64,000 bases of DNA, from contig JAIQFT010000011.1 in NCBI GenBank assembly GCA_020073185.1, positions 11,765-75,764 on the forward strand, given 5' to 3'. Source of the DNA: Terriglobia bacterium. GTDB lineage: Bacteria; Acidobacteriota; Terriglobia; Terriglobales; Acidobacteriaceae. This document shows, in pieces, positions 8,050 through 17,788 of this stretch. The number at the start of each line of letters is the position of its first letter. Within the stretch, counting starts at the first letter, position 1. A program made the translations under genes and the position numbers. Below the pieces are notes generated by a model. It ran no database searches. It saw only the letters and a list, made by a program, of their open reading frames with translations, and had not been told where the DNA came from.

Positions 8050-11000
8050 AAAAGATAATTGGTTTTGCCCTGCTGTTCCTTCTGGGTACGCTGGCCTACG
8101 GTCAGTGCTTACCGCCGGTTGTCGGTGGCGTACCGAAGACAATTGGACCGGGGAGCGCACCGGATTATTTTAATTGTGCCAACTGGGCCACCAGTCCGCT
8201 GCCATTGCGCAGCTGTTCGAACCTCAGCGCGACTCCTTGCTATGGAGACCTCGAGTGCGCTCTGCTTACTGACGCTACGGGTGCGCCCGCAGTTTGCAGT
8301 GGGCCGATCGTCTCCGGTGGCATCCCGAAGTTCGTGGACCCGCTGCCGGGTCTCGGCGTACCTGCCGGCACCGTTGGTCCTGTAACGACTGGCGGTGATC
8401 CCCTCGGGAAGTACATTCCCGTGGCCGTGGCGGACATCGCCACGTATCCGGGCTCCGACTACTACGAGATCGGATTGTTCGAGTACTTCGAGACACTACA
8501 TTCCAGTCTTCCGCCGACCAAGCTGCGCGGATACATCCAGCTCAATAACGGCACCAACACAGCATGTCTGCCAGTTAACGGCGGGCCAGGGTGCACTACT
8601 GCTGACAACACCGTAGCTCCCAACGCGTTTCCACACTACTTGGGCCCGACGATCCTGTCGCAGAGGGATCGCCCGGTGCGGATCCTATTCCGCAACATGC
8701 TGCCGGCAAACGACGCTGGCGGCAGCCTGTTTGTGCCGGTTGACACCACGTACATGGGCTCGGGCATGGCCCCGGACATGGGTGGAATGATAGAGATGGA
8801 TATGGGTGTGACCACAGACGGGGCTCGGAACCCGATGTGCGGGAGGATCCCCAAGCCCGCGGGTTGCTTCACCGAGAACCGGGCCACGCTGCACCTGCAC
8901 GGCGGCATCACGCCGTGGATCAGCGATGGCACGCCGCATCAGTGGATCACCCCGGCAGCCGAAACCAGGGCATACCCGGACGCTACCCTCTTGCCCGGGA
9001 AGACGAAAAACGAAGGCGTCAGCGTGTTCAACGTCCCCGACATGCCCGATCCGGGCAAGGGGGCGCAGACGTTCTTCTATACCAACCAGCAAAGCGCCCG
9101 GCTGATGTTCTACCACGACCATGCCTGGGGCATCACCCGCTTGAACGTGTACGCGGGCGAGGCCGCTCCCTACGTGGTTACGGACGCAACAGAACAGGCT
9201 TTGATGGCCCCCGGAGGTCCCCTTGACGGACTCGGCTACGGGATTCCTCTCGTCATTCAGGACAAGACTTTCGTGCCGCCACCAGAGCAGCTGGCCACGG
9301 AAGACCCGACTTGGGACGCCACCCGGTGGGGCGGATTCGGCAGCGTTTGGGTTCCGCACGTCTACATGCCAGCCCAAAACCCAGGCGACGTCACGGGTGT
9401 GAACGGGTTCGGACGGTGGTTTTACAGCTCCTGGTTTTGGCCGCCCTCGACTCCGTTCTTCCCGCCGATTAACAACCCCTACTTCGACCCGGCCTGCGAC
9501 GCCAACGTCAGCGGCTGGTGCGAGCCACCGTTAATCCCGGGAACCCCGAACCTGTCGTCGGGCATGGAGGCGTTTAACGACACTCCACTCGTCAACGGGA
9601 CGGCGTACCCGACTTTCACGTTGCCCACCGCAGGGGAATACCGCTTCCGGATCCTGAACGCGGCCAACGACCGCTTCTTCAACCTGCAGTGGTACGTGGC
9701 CGATCCCACGGGAAAAGAGGTCGCGCTGGACGCCTCCTTGGTGGCGGCTGCACAGCTCGACCCGAACGTCTTCCCCACGCCGGACACGACCATCAGCCCG
9801 GCGGGCCCGGCCTGGATTCAGATCGGCACCGAGGGCGGCTTCCTGCCGGCTCCAGTGGTGATTCTGAACCAGGTGATGACTTGGGTCACAGATCCGACTC
9901 GCTTCGATTGGGGAAACGGTGACAAGCATTCACTGCTGCTCGCTCCGGCTGAGCGGGCCGACGTGGTTGTCGACTTCGGCCCGTACGCCGGCAAGACGCT
10001 AATCCTCTACAACGACGCTCCCGCGGCATTCCCGGCGCGCGTTGCGTCTTACGACTACTACACCGGCGCCCCGGACCAGACCGACGCGGGCGGAGCTCCT
10101 TCCACCCAGCCCGGCTTCGGCCCGAACACCCGTACCATCATGCAGGTCGTAGTCCCGGGTGCTGCAGGAAGTCCGGCACCTAACCTCTACAACACCGCAA
10201 GGCTCGCGGCTCTCCAGGCGGCGTGGGCGCACCATCTCGATCCGGTCACAGGTGCCCCGGCTGGCGTGTTCGAGTCCTCGCTGGATCCGATCATCGTCGC
10301 GCAGGGTGCTTACAACTCGGCCTACGGCATCACCTTCAACCGTTTGCCGCCCAGGGACGGGTACGCAAGGATCGCCGACATGTCGATGACCTTCAACACC
10401 TTGTTGACGGGCAACAGCTCAACCAACACGATGACCATGGCGTTCCAGAACAAGGGACTTCACGACGAGACGAACGCGGCGGTCTTCGACGATTACGGGA
10501 GGATGAGCGCTAACCTCGGCCTTGAAGCGCCGGGCGCAACGCCACTCACACAGAACATCATCCTTTATCCGTACATCAACCCCCCGACGGAGTTCATCGC
10601 TGGGATCGAACTGCCTACCGGCAGTCTCAAGGTTGACCCCATCTCCTCGAACGCGGACGGGACCCAGATCTGGAAGCTCACCCACAACGGAGTGGATACG
10701 CATCCGATCCACTTCCATCTGTTCAACGTTCAACTCCTCAACCGGATCACTTGGGACAACCGAATCCTCCCGCCCGATGCCAACGAACTGGGGTGGAAGG
10801 ATACCGTCAGAGTGAGCCCACTCGAGGACACCATCGTCGCCCTGCGGCCGATCGTTCCGAAGATCCCCTTCGGGGTGCCCGATAGTGTCCGCCCGCTTGA
10901 CCCGTCGAACCCCATCGGTTCGACGCACGGGTTCAACAGCACGGACACGCTGGGGAATCCCATCAGCCCGGTGCTTTCCAACGTGCCCACCAACTTCGGC

Positions 11001-12368
11001 TGGGAGTACGTGTGGCATTGCCACATCCTCGGCCACGAAGAGATGGACATGATGCGGCCGATCAACACGTTTGTGTCACGTGCGTTCCCGCTTGCCCCGT
11101 CCGTGGGGTACACGCGCGACACAGCGGTCAATCTGACTTGGACGGACGGCACTCTTGTGGACTACACCACCCCCGCCAATTGGGGGAGTCCGAGCAACGA
11201 AATCGGCTACCAAATCCAGCGGGCTGCCGTTGCCAAAAACGGCAAGCCTGGCGCGTACTCGGTAGTCGGGAGCGCCCTCGCCAACCAAACCACCTTCTCG
11301 GACACCACGGCCGTTGCGACCTCGACGTACAGCTACCGCGTCGTGGCCTTCAACGCCGCCGGTGCCACGACCTCGGCCCCCATCACGGTGCTACCGGGGA
11401 GCATAACCTCGATGACCGTGAGCACGACATCGCTAACGTTTGGGAACCAACTGGTGGGCACCACTAGTGCAGGTCAGAAGGTGACGCTCACCAACACGGG
11501 CAATACGACGATCCAGTTCTCCAGCATCACCTGGAGTGCTAACTTCTTCGATGCCCAAAACTGCACTCCGAGCCTGGCGCCTGGCAATAGCTGCACCATC
11601 AACGTGCGGTTCCAACCGGCGCTCGCCGCAACGGGCCCGCAGAGCGGGCTACTGACGATCACGGACTCGGTTCCGGGAAGTCCGCAAACCGTCTCGTTGA
11701 CCGGTACGGGCACCATTCCGATTCTGGGTGTGTTGCCAACATCACTGGTGTTCAACTCACCGTTGAACGTCACCAGTGGTGCTCAGACGGTGACTGTTAG
11801 CAACACGGGAACCGCCCCGCTGGTGATCAACAGCATCACCGATTCCACTAACCAGTTCGCCCATACGACCACTTGCAAGACGGGTGCGGCGAACGCGCTG
11901 GCCCCGCTCACTGGATCCTGCACGGTCAGCGTTACGTTCAGGCCGACGACGGCAACGACGCCGAAGGCCGCGACACTGAATGTAAACGTCGCAGCTCCTG
12001 CAACCTCGGGGGCAGTGGTCCTGACCGGCAACGTTACTGTGCCGACCTTCACGGTGTCGCCTGCTTCGCTGGCCTTCGGCAACTGGTCGGTAGCAGGGGG
12101 CAACAGCCCAGCTCAGACGGTCACTGTGACTAACACAGGAGCCGCCCCGCTGGTCATCAGCAGCGTCCCTCTCGGAGGGGCGAACCCCGGCCAGTTCAGT
12201 CGTACCAACGCCTGTCCGGGAACCTTGGCGGTAGGCGCGCCCCCCTGTACTATCACCGTCAGATTCAATCCAACTTCGGCAGGCGCCAAGAGCGCTACCT
12301 TGACTGTGAACGTTGCAGCTCCGGCTGTCACAAAGCCGCCTGTAACGTTGAGCGGCACGGGCAACTGA
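8046..12368 (+). CDS. Giant secreted multicopper oxidase with Fn3 and three choice-of-anchor-D-like beta-sandwich repeats
   Basis: Signal peptide MKKIIGFALLFLLGTLAYG. Copper motifs HLHGG, YHDHAWG, HPIHFHLFN and WHCHILGHEEMDMM. Fn3-like segment at ~11.1-11.4 kb. Three ~105-aa repeats (LTFGNQLVG..VTLTNTG..) at ~11.4-12.36 kb. The ORF-track start at 7596 is rejected. Confidence 0.9.
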   Translation: MKKIIGFALLFLLGTLAYGQCLPPVVGGVPKTIGPGSAPDYFNCANWATSPLPLRSCSNLSATPCYGDLECALLTDATGAPAVCSGPIVSGGIPKFVDPLPGLGVPAGTVGPVTTGGDPLGKYIPVAVADIATYPGSDYYEIGLFEYFETLHSSLPPTKLRGYIQLNNGTNTACLPVNGGPGCTTADNTVAPNAFPHYLGPTILSQRDRPVRILFRNMLPANDAGGSLFVPVDTTYMGSGMAPDMGGMIEMDMGVTTDGARNPMCGRIPKPAGCFTENRATLHLHGGITPWISDGTPHQWITPAAETRAYPDATLLPGKTKNEGVSVFNVPDMPDPGKGAQTFFYTNQQSARLMFYHDHAWGITRLNVYAGEAAPYVVTDATEQALMAPGGPLDGLGYGIPLVIQDKTFVPPPEQLATEDPTWDATRWGGFGSVWVPHVYMPAQNPGDVTGVNGFGRWFYSSWFWPPSTPFFPPINNPYFDPACDANVSGWCEPPLIPGTPNLSSGMEAFNDTPLVNGTAYPTFTLPTAGEYRFRILNAANDRFFNLQWYVADPTGKEVALDASLVAAAQLDPNVFPTPDTTISPAGPAWIQIGTEGGFLPAPVVILNQVMTWVTDPTRFDWGNGDKHSLLLAPAERADVVVDFGPYAGKTLILYNDAPAAFPARVASYDYYTGAPDQTDAGGAPSTQPGFGPNTRTIMQVVVPGAAGSPAPNLYNTARLAALQAAWAHHLDPVTGAPAGVFESSLDPIIVAQGAYNSAYGITFNRLPPRDGYARIADMSMTFNTLLTGNSSTNTMTMAFQNKGLHDETNAAVFDDYGRMSANLGLEAPGATPLTQNIILYPYINPPTEFIAGIELPTGSLKVDPISSNADGTQIWKLTHNGVDTHPIHFHLFNVQLLNRITWDNRILPPDANELGWKDTVRVSPLEDTIVALRPIVPKIPFGVPDSVRPLDPSNPIGSTHGFNSTDTLGNPISPVLSNVPTNFGWEYVWHCHILGHEEMDMMRPINTFVSRAFPLAPSVGYTRDTAVNLTWTDGTLVDYTTPANWGSPSNEIGYQIQRAAVAKNGKPGAYSVVGSALANQTTFSDTTAVATSTYSYRVVAFNAAGATTSAPITVLPGSITSMTVSTTSLTFGNQLVGTTSAGQKVTLTNTGNTTIQFSSITWSANFFDAQNCTPSLAPGNSCTINVRFQPALAATGPQSGLLTITDSVPGSPQTVSLTGTGTIPILGVLPTSLVFNSPLNVTSGAQTVTVSNTGTAPLVINSITDSTNQFAHTTTCKTGAANALAPLTGSCTVSVTFRPTTATTPKAATLNVNVAAPATSGAVVLTGNVTVPTFTVSPASLAFGNWSVAGGNSPAQTVTVTNTGAAPLVISSVPLGGANPGQFSRTNACPGTLAVGAPPCTITVRFNPTSAGAKSATLTVNVAAPAVTKPPVTLSGTGN

Positions 12369-12383
12369 AACCTGTAAACCTGT

Positions 12384-12417
12384 GGGGGAGGGGGTAACAT
12401 CCTCCCCCCTTTTTTTG
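12384..12417 (+). terminator. Rho-independent terminator after the oxidase gene
   Basis: GGGGGAGG..taacat..CCTCCCCC followed by T7. Confidence 0.8.
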
Positions 12418-12459
12418 CGTGTAATATAACCACCATCTCGGTGCATAGGAGGGGTCGCA

Positions 12460-13158
12460 ATGGCAGTCCGACGGGTCATGGCAGTCTTGATAATACTGTT
12501 TGCGGTAGTTGCTGCCGCGCAGGATGCTTCGCCGCTGAAGAACGCAAAGGACAAGCGCAGTTACGCGCTTGGCATGGACCTGGGAAACCAGCTTCACTCG
12601 CTGGGGATTGAGCTGGACCCGGCAATCTTCAGCCGAGGGCTCAGCGACGCTCTTTCCGGCGGCAAAACACTGCTCACGCAGGAGGATGTCCGCGCCGCCA
12701 TTTCCGAACTGCAGGCCGAGATGAAGCGCAAGCAGGCGGAGGCCCGGAGTAAAGCCGCACAGGACGGCAAACAGACGGGGGCGGCGTTCCTGGCCGACAA
12801 CAAAAAGAAGGAAGGGGTGGTGACCCTGCCCAGCGGCTTGCAATATAAGATCCTCAAGGAAGGCACTGGGAAGAAGCCTGCGCTCGACGACACCGTAGTC
12901 TGTCAGTACCGGGGCACGCTGGTTGACGGCACCGAGTTCGACAGCTCCTACAAGCGCGGCCAGCCCGCCACCTTCCCGGTCAAGGGAGTCATCAAGGGCT
13001 GGACCGAGGCTCTGCAGCTGATGCCGGTGGGCTCGAAGTGGCAACTGTTCATTCCTCCCGAGTTGGCCTATGGCGAAACGGGTGCCGGCGGAACGATTGG
13101 CCCGAACGCGACGCTGATCTTCGAGGTGGAACTGGTCTCGATCCAGGCCAAACCTTAG
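12460..13158 (+). CDS. FKBP-type peptidyl-prolyl isomerase (FkpA/Mip-like), secreted
   Basis: Signal peptide, then an N-terminal dimerisation helix. FKBP core: LPSGLQYKILKEGTG...GTLVDGTEFDSSY...GVIKGWTEAL...LIFEVELV. Confidence 0.92.
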   Translation: MAVRRVMAVLIILFAVVAAAQDASPLKNAKDKRSYALGMDLGNQLHSLGIELDPAIFSRGLSDALSGGKTLLTQEDVRAAISELQAEMKRKQAEARSKAAQDGKQTGAAFLADNKKKEGVVTLPSGLQYKILKEGTGKKPALDDTVVCQYRGTLVDGTEFDSSYKRGQPATFPVKGVIKGWTEALQLMPVGSKWQLFIPPELAYGETGAGGTIGPNATLIFEVELVSIQAKP

Positions 13159-13387
13159 GGAGGGTCTGATTGACTCCGGTTTTTGAAGTCCGTAAGTGCC
13201 GCAAAAAGAATACGGCTTTAGCCACCGAGGGGCTGTCGACGTGCTTGATCAGAGCTTCCTTAGGAGACCATCCGGAATTAGTGCGACGCCGATCGCGGCT
13301 ACAGTTATTTTTTAAACTATTCCAACCTCGATTCTCGCGCCATGTCTGCCACGCCAGATTGAGGTGAGATAATGGGAAGGTCGGAAC

Positions 13388-13464
13388 GGCCCTGTAGCTC
13401 AGATGGATAGAGCAGCGGTTTCCTAAACCGCTTGTCGGCAGTTCGAATCTGCCCAGGGCCTCCA
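13388..13464 (+). tRNA. tRNA-Arg (anticodon CCU)
   Basis: Cloverleaf read by eye: acceptor GGCCCTG/CAGGGCC, anticodon stem GCGGT/ACCGC with loop TTCCTAA, T-arm GGCAG-TTCGAAT-CTGCC, encoded CCA. Confidence 0.9.
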
Positions 13465-13550
13465 GTTTTTCCTCGCCAGAGTCGTTTTGTGTTGTTCCGC
13501 TCTCGGTGTACCATCCAGAATTCCCAGGCTTGAACTGCGGAGGTTTTCCT

Positions 13551-15341
13551 GTGCAGAGCCATCGTTGGCTGGTCAGCCTCGCTATCGTCCCCGTTGTTTT
13601 GGCGGCGGGATACCTCCTGTTGGCGCAGCAGCCCTCGCCCGACGCCGTCACCCCGGCGGTCCGCATCACCACACGGCTGGTCGTGCTGGATGTGATCGCC
13701 ACCAGCAAGGATGGCACGCCCGTCACCGACCTCAAAGCCGACGATTTCACGCTCGAAGACAGCGGAAAGAAACAGAAGATCGCGATCTTTAGCCTGGAGA
13801 CTCCGGTGCCGCCCAGCGCCCTGCCGTCGCTGCCCCCGAATATCTTCAGTAACCGGCCGGAATACACCATGCCGTCCGGCCCCTTGACTGTCCTCCTCAT
13901 CGATGCCCTGAATACCCCCTTTACCGACCAGTCGCAAGCCCGCATGGAACTGATCCGCTATGCGGCGACGCAGGTGAAACCCGGTCAGCAAACCGCGGTG
14001 TACGCGCTCGGCAACCGCCTGTACAAGCTGCAGGACTTCACCAGCGATCCGCAGGTGTTGAAGTCGGCCATCGAGGCATTCCACCCGGTATCTCTCCCCC
14101 AGCATGGATCGACGATGGCCCCGCTTGACACGAGTTCCGCGGCAGCGGCGACGGGAGCGGCCGCCGGCCTGCATGGCCTGTCGAATGCGTCGGCAGCCGC
14201 CATTGCCATCATGTCGCAATTTCAGGCCGAGCAGGCCACTCCCATGCTCGAGAACCGCATAGGTACTACCTTGGCCGCCATGACCCTGATTGCTCGGGAA
14301 CTCGCTGGAAGACCAGGAAGAAAAAACCTGGTCTGGGTGACTGCCGGGTTTCCTGTCAGCCTGGATCCGGTGACCAATGAAACCACGTTTGTTCCCATGG
14401 CCCGGGATGCCCGGGGAGGCGAGCCGCTTCCCCAGGAGCAAACCTACGCGGCGTACAACCAGCAGGTGCGGCAGGAAACCAGCGAGGGCGTGCGGCGCAC
14501 GGCCGCCTTGCTGACCGATGCGCAGATCTCCATCTATCCCGTCGACGCCCGCGGTCTGATCGGTGCGATAGGGATCAGCGACGCCAGCAGTAAGGGGACG
14601 AGCGGCGGCTTGTTGCGGATCGGTAATGACTATGGCCAGACGGTCGCCGCGTCCAGTTCAAGCATGCTTGATTCTCAGGCGAGCATGGTTGAAATCGCCG
14701 ACGAGACTGGCGGCCGCGTTTTCAAGAACCGCAACGACGTTGATAACTGCGTTGCCACCGCCGGCGGCGACGGCGGCACCTACTACACCCTCGGCTATTA
14801 CCCCGGCAGGAAGAAACAGGACAATCAATTCCACAAGTTCTCCGTCAGGGTCAAGCGGCCGGGGGTTCAGCTTCGCTATCGCCGTGGTTACTTTGCGGTC
14901 GAACCGGGCAAGTCTTCCGCCAAGGAAAAGGACGCCGAGCTTATGGGCACGCTCTACAGCAGCAATTTGCAGTCCACCATGGTGCTCTTCGACGCCCAGA
15001 TCGTTCCTCCCGCGCCCGCAGCCAAGGCGCAACTGCCCGTCCGCTTTTTAGTCAGGCCGGAAAGTATCGCCACGGAGGAGGACAAGGGTGGCGTTAGGCT
15101 CGATCTGGATTTTGTGGTGGCGGCGTTCTCTCCTGACGGCAAACTGGCCGCCCGAGAAGGGAAGACGGTAGCTACCACCATCGATACGGCTCAGTATGCG
15201 CAAGTGAAACAGCGCGGGCTCCTGGTGCCGGTTGAGATTGACCTCTCGCCCGGCGAATACCAGTTGCGGCTCGCCGTTCGTGACAATCTTACCGGCTACC
15301 TCGGCACGCTGACGGCACACCTGAATCTGCCGAAGCCCTAA
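13551..15341 (+). CDS. VWFA-related acidobacterial-type domain protein (TIGR03436-like)
   Basis: Family-typical N-terminus: ITTRLVVLDVIATSKDGTPVTDLKADDFTLEDSGKKQKI. GTG at 13551 is preceded by GGAGG. The ORF-track start at 13506 remains possible. Confidence 0.85.
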   Translation: MQSHRWLVSLAIVPVVLAAGYLLLAQQPSPDAVTPAVRITTRLVVLDVIATSKDGTPVTDLKADDFTLEDSGKKQKIAIFSLETPVPPSALPSLPPNIFSNRPEYTMPSGPLTVLLIDALNTPFTDQSQARMELIRYAATQVKPGQQTAVYALGNRLYKLQDFTSDPQVLKSAIEAFHPVSLPQHGSTMAPLDTSSAAAATGAAAGLHGLSNASAAAIAIMSQFQAEQATPMLENRIGTTLAAMTLIARELAGRPGRKNLVWVTAGFPVSLDPVTNETTFVPMARDARGGEPLPQEQTYAAYNQQVRQETSEGVRRTAALLTDAQISIYPVDARGLIGAIGISDASSKGTSGGLLRIGNDYGQTVAASSSSMLDSQASMVEIADETGGRVFKNRNDVDNCVATAGGDGGTYYTLGYYPGRKKQDNQFHKFSVRVKRPGVQLRYRRGYFAVEPGKSSAKEKDAELMGTLYSSNLQSTMVLFDAQIVPPAPAAKAQLPVRFLVRPESIATEEDKGGVRLDLDFVVAAFSPDGKLAAREGKTVATTIDTAQYAQVKQRGLLVPVEIDLSPGEYQLRLAVRDNLTGYLGTLTAHLNLPKP

Positions 15342-15368
15342 TACGGCCGAGCGCAGATAGCCGCTGTT

Positions 15369-16208
15369 TCAGAAGCAGGGCGCATCGCACTTGATGCGCA
15401 CGCGCCATTTGCCTGCCTGTCTCTGCGTACCGATAGCGGCCACTTGGCCCATGATCACCCGGTCCTTGGCAAATATCAGTCGCACCGTCGTGCCGGGTTC
15501 CACCAGATCACGCAGCAGCGCGGTCGCCTCATCGGGTCGCGTGAACACGATGTCCACGTTCTCCGTCAACGGCATACGAATCGCCGACATTCCTGTCACC
15601 ACGGCGGGCATGGTTCGTGTGTCCGTCTCATCGCCCAGCCCGACCGCCGGCGCGCCACGGGGTATGATGCGCAGTTCAATGGGAGGCATGGCGCCGAGCG
15701 CTTCGGTGGCTTGCGGTGCCGCCGTCGTATGCTGCGTTGGTGGCGCCGTTGTCTTTTGCCATCGCCCATCCTCGCCCGTTTTGCTGGGAAAATGTACCCC
15801 CCAGAAATTGTTCGGGTCGTCGAGTTCGATCCCGCAGTGCGGTTCAGCGGTTTTGTCCAGCCAGACCACGCGCGCCGTCTGGGGCTGCCGGCCTGTCCGG
15901 ATGGCCACCCGCATCCGTTCCCCGCAAGCCAGTTTCTCGCTTACGCTGATGATCCGAATCTTGGCTCCATGCTTGCTGACGCTGACGGTTTCGGCTTTCA
16001 GCACTATATTGCCGACATGGATGGTGAGGGGGATCTTCAGCTTGATGCGTTCACTTCTGCGCTTGCCAGATCGAGTAGCGATTCCTGCGACTCCGGGGAT
16101 CGGTGGCATATTTTCCATCATTGCCCTAGGCTGACGCCGGCACAAGTAACCAAAGAGCAAGGATGTTTGGCTATCGTCCCGAGCCGAGGCTGGGGTTCGG
16201 TGTTCCAT
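15369..16208 (-). CDS. PilZ-domain protein
   Basis: c-di-GMP motifs RRSER (RxxxR) and SVSKHG (xSxxG). The start codon is uncertain, with several in-frame Met codons. Confidence 0.6.
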   Translation of the reverse strand: MEHRTPASARDDSQTSLLFGYLCRRQPRAMMENMPPIPGVAGIATRSGKRRSERIKLKIPLTIHVGNIVLKAETVSVSKHGAKIRIISVSEKLACGERMRVAIRTGRQPQTARVVWLDKTAEPHCGIELDDPNNFWGVHFPSKTGEDGRWQKTTAPPTQHTTAAPQATEALGAMPPIELRIIPRGAPAVGLGDETDTRTMPAVVTGMSAIRMPLTENVDIVFTRPDEATALLRDLVEPGTTVRLIFAKDRVIMGQVAAIGTQRQAGKWRVRIKCDAPCF

Positions 16209-16314
16209 TTTGGGCTGCGAATACCCTCGCCGTTACGACGGCAAATCTGCCGTTTTTACCATCCTGTAACCGCGTGTTCATCACTCATTCATACCCCCAA
16301 CATGTAATCTTCCC

Positions 16315-17064
16315 ATGAGCACAGCGGAAAAGCTGCCCTCCGTCTCTCCCATCTACGCCGAGTTCCTTGAAATGACGCTGGCCGCTTGTGAGTTGGCGCG
16401 GACAGCGGCCGCCGCCATCGCCGACGCGCTGGCCAGCAAGTCGCCCGCCGCGTTCGCTCAGATCGCGGAGTGCGAGCGCAAGCTCGATCTCATCGACCAC
16501 GAGCTCGACGAGCGCGTCTCCTACGCGGTTACTTTGGTGGACTCCGGCAATGCCAGCGAGTTGCTCGTTTGCATGAAGTTTCTGATTGACTTGGAACGAA
16601 TCGGCGACCTGCTGTGCTCCGCCGCCTCGCGCGCCCAGGTCCTGGACAACACCGTGGATATGGCCGACCTGAAGGATCTGATCGAAATGGCGACCGTGCT
16701 GGAAGCGATGCTGCGAGACGCCTACGCGGGCCTCGCCCGGCGCAACGTCGATATTGCCCTCAGGATTGTGCGCGCCGACGCCCAAATCGACCGCCATCGC
16801 AATCTGCTGTTCTTCCGATTGCTGGACGGCGCTTCCACCGCGACGCGCAATGCCGTGCATATGCTGTTCATTGCCAATGAACTGGAGCGCGCCGGTGACC
16901 ACGCCGTCAACCTGGGAGAGGAAATCTGCCACATCGTGACCGGCCACACCATCCGCCACGTCCGCCAGGCATCCGATAAGTCTGATGAACAGCGCTACCT
17001 GGATTTTCTGCGAGGGAAGACTACGGCTTTGAGCACGCGAGCCAATGGAGTAGGTCGGAAATAA
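16315..17064 (+). CDS. PhoU-domain protein
   Basis: Two PhoU-like repeats with ERIGD and ELERAGDHAVNLGEEI motifs. Confidence 0.75.
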   Translation: MSTAEKLPSVSPIYAEFLEMTLAACELARTAAAAIADALASKSPAAFAQIAECERKLDLIDHELDERVSYAVTLVDSGNASELLVCMKFLIDLERIGDLLCSAASRAQVLDNTVDMADLKDLIEMATVLEAMLRDAYAGLARRNVDIALRIVRADAQIDRHRNLLFFRLLDGASTATRNAVHMLFIANELERAGDHAVNLGEEICHIVTGHTIRHVRQASDKSDEQRYLDFLRGKTTALSTRANGVGRK

Positions 17065-17071
17065 CAGCGGG

Positions 17072-17330
17072 AGAAAATTAAAAGGGCCGTGACATTGGTT
17101 ATGGTCTAGTCGTTCACTCCTGCGAGGGAGTTAACCACGTGGACGCATGTACCGTCACAGCCCCTGATGCGATCACTGCTTTCGCAGTGCCGAACCCCAA
17201 CGGAACCTCGCAGAACCGTCGGTTTTTTCGGGTCCGGCCTTCCAGCGGGTCACCCCGCTTTCCAGATCACCCAGTCTACTTTGGACTGGCGACCGATGAT
17301 TGACGCCAACCCTTTCGACCGTCGACGCGC
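17072..17330 (-). ncRNA. Unclassified structured RNA, tandem copy 1 (~255 nt)
   Basis: Promoter directly upstream on the minus strand. GNRA-capped hairpins. Closing helix followed by UUUUAAUUUU. ~94% identical to copy 2. See the corresponding finding. Confidence 0.6.
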
Positions 17331-17333
17331 TGC

Positions 17334-17361
17334 AGATTACCATCACTAGAATTAGTGTCAA
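17334..17361 (-). promoter_or_regulatory. Sigma70-type promoter for RNA copy 1
   Basis: Minus strand TTGACA (17361-17356), N16, TAATCT (17339-17334). Phased GAAAAC A-tracts lie upstream at 17385-17413. Confidence 0.6.
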
Positions 17362-17496
17362 TGCCCGCTTCTGGTGCAAATGTTGAAAACCCTTCGGAAA
17401 ACACGCGGAAAACAGGGATTAAATTAAAACTTTCAATTTTTCTTGTAAATGTCCTCGGCAGCATGGGCTTAGTCAGGCTTCGGGAGAAAACAGGCG

Positions 17497-17757
17497 GGAA
17501 AAATTAAAAGGGCCGTGACATTGGTTATGGTCTAGCCGCCAACTCCTGCGAGGGAGTTAACGACGTGGACGCATGTACCGTCACAGCCCCTGATGTGATC
17601 GCTGCTTTCGCAGTGCCGAACCCCAACGGAACCTCGCAGTACCCGTCGGTTTTTTCGGGTCCGGCCCTCCAGCGGGTCGCCCCGCCTTTGGGATCACCCA
17701 GTCTACTTTGGACTGGCGACCGATGATTGACGCCAACCCTTTCGACCGTCGACGCGC
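17497..17757 (-). ncRNA. Unclassified structured RNA, tandem copy 2 (~258 nt)
   Basis: Same architecture as copy 1, offset by 426-427 nt. Confidence 0.6.
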
Positions 17758-17760
17758 GGA

Positions 17761-17788
17761 ATATTAATGCTGGATTCACAATTGTCAA
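17761..17788 (-). promoter_or_regulatory. Sigma70-type promoter for RNA copy 2
   Basis: Minus strand TTGACA (17788-17783), N16, TAATAT (17766-17761). AT-rich tracts lie upstream. Confidence 0.65.

Noticed and set aside
13388-13464. tRNA-Arg and tRNA-Thr (36098-36173) as possible integration sites for genomic islands.
   Set aside because: No integrase, direct repeat of the tRNA 3' end, or compositional island follows either tRNA. The downstream genes look native.
13317-14441. Long antisense or alternative-frame ORFs throughout the window (for example 1488-2201, 2075-3409, 12328-13044, 13317-14441, 15391-16307, 22811-23746, 25614-26435, 28455-29627, 54460-55758).
   Set aside because: These are typical high-GC shadow ORFs. 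They are Arg/Gly/Pro/Ala-rich and low-complexity, have no motifs, and each fully overlaps a strongly supported gene on the other strand or frame.
17160-17215. Hammerhead-like CUGAUG...GAA string on the plus strand of the repeat.
   Set aside because: The core deviates at invariant positions (CUGAUGC/U instead of CUGAUGA, and no A15.1-U16.1). All other evidence (promoters, GNRA loops, wobble pattern) points to the minus strand.
17167-17788. Short ORFs inside the tandem repeat (17167-17349 plus strand; 17173-17379 and 17525-17788 minus strand) that share peptide segments.
   Set aside because: A 1-nt indel between the copies shifts the frame, so no ORF is conserved end to end. Substitution patterns preserve RNA helices rather than codons. 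No SD is present.
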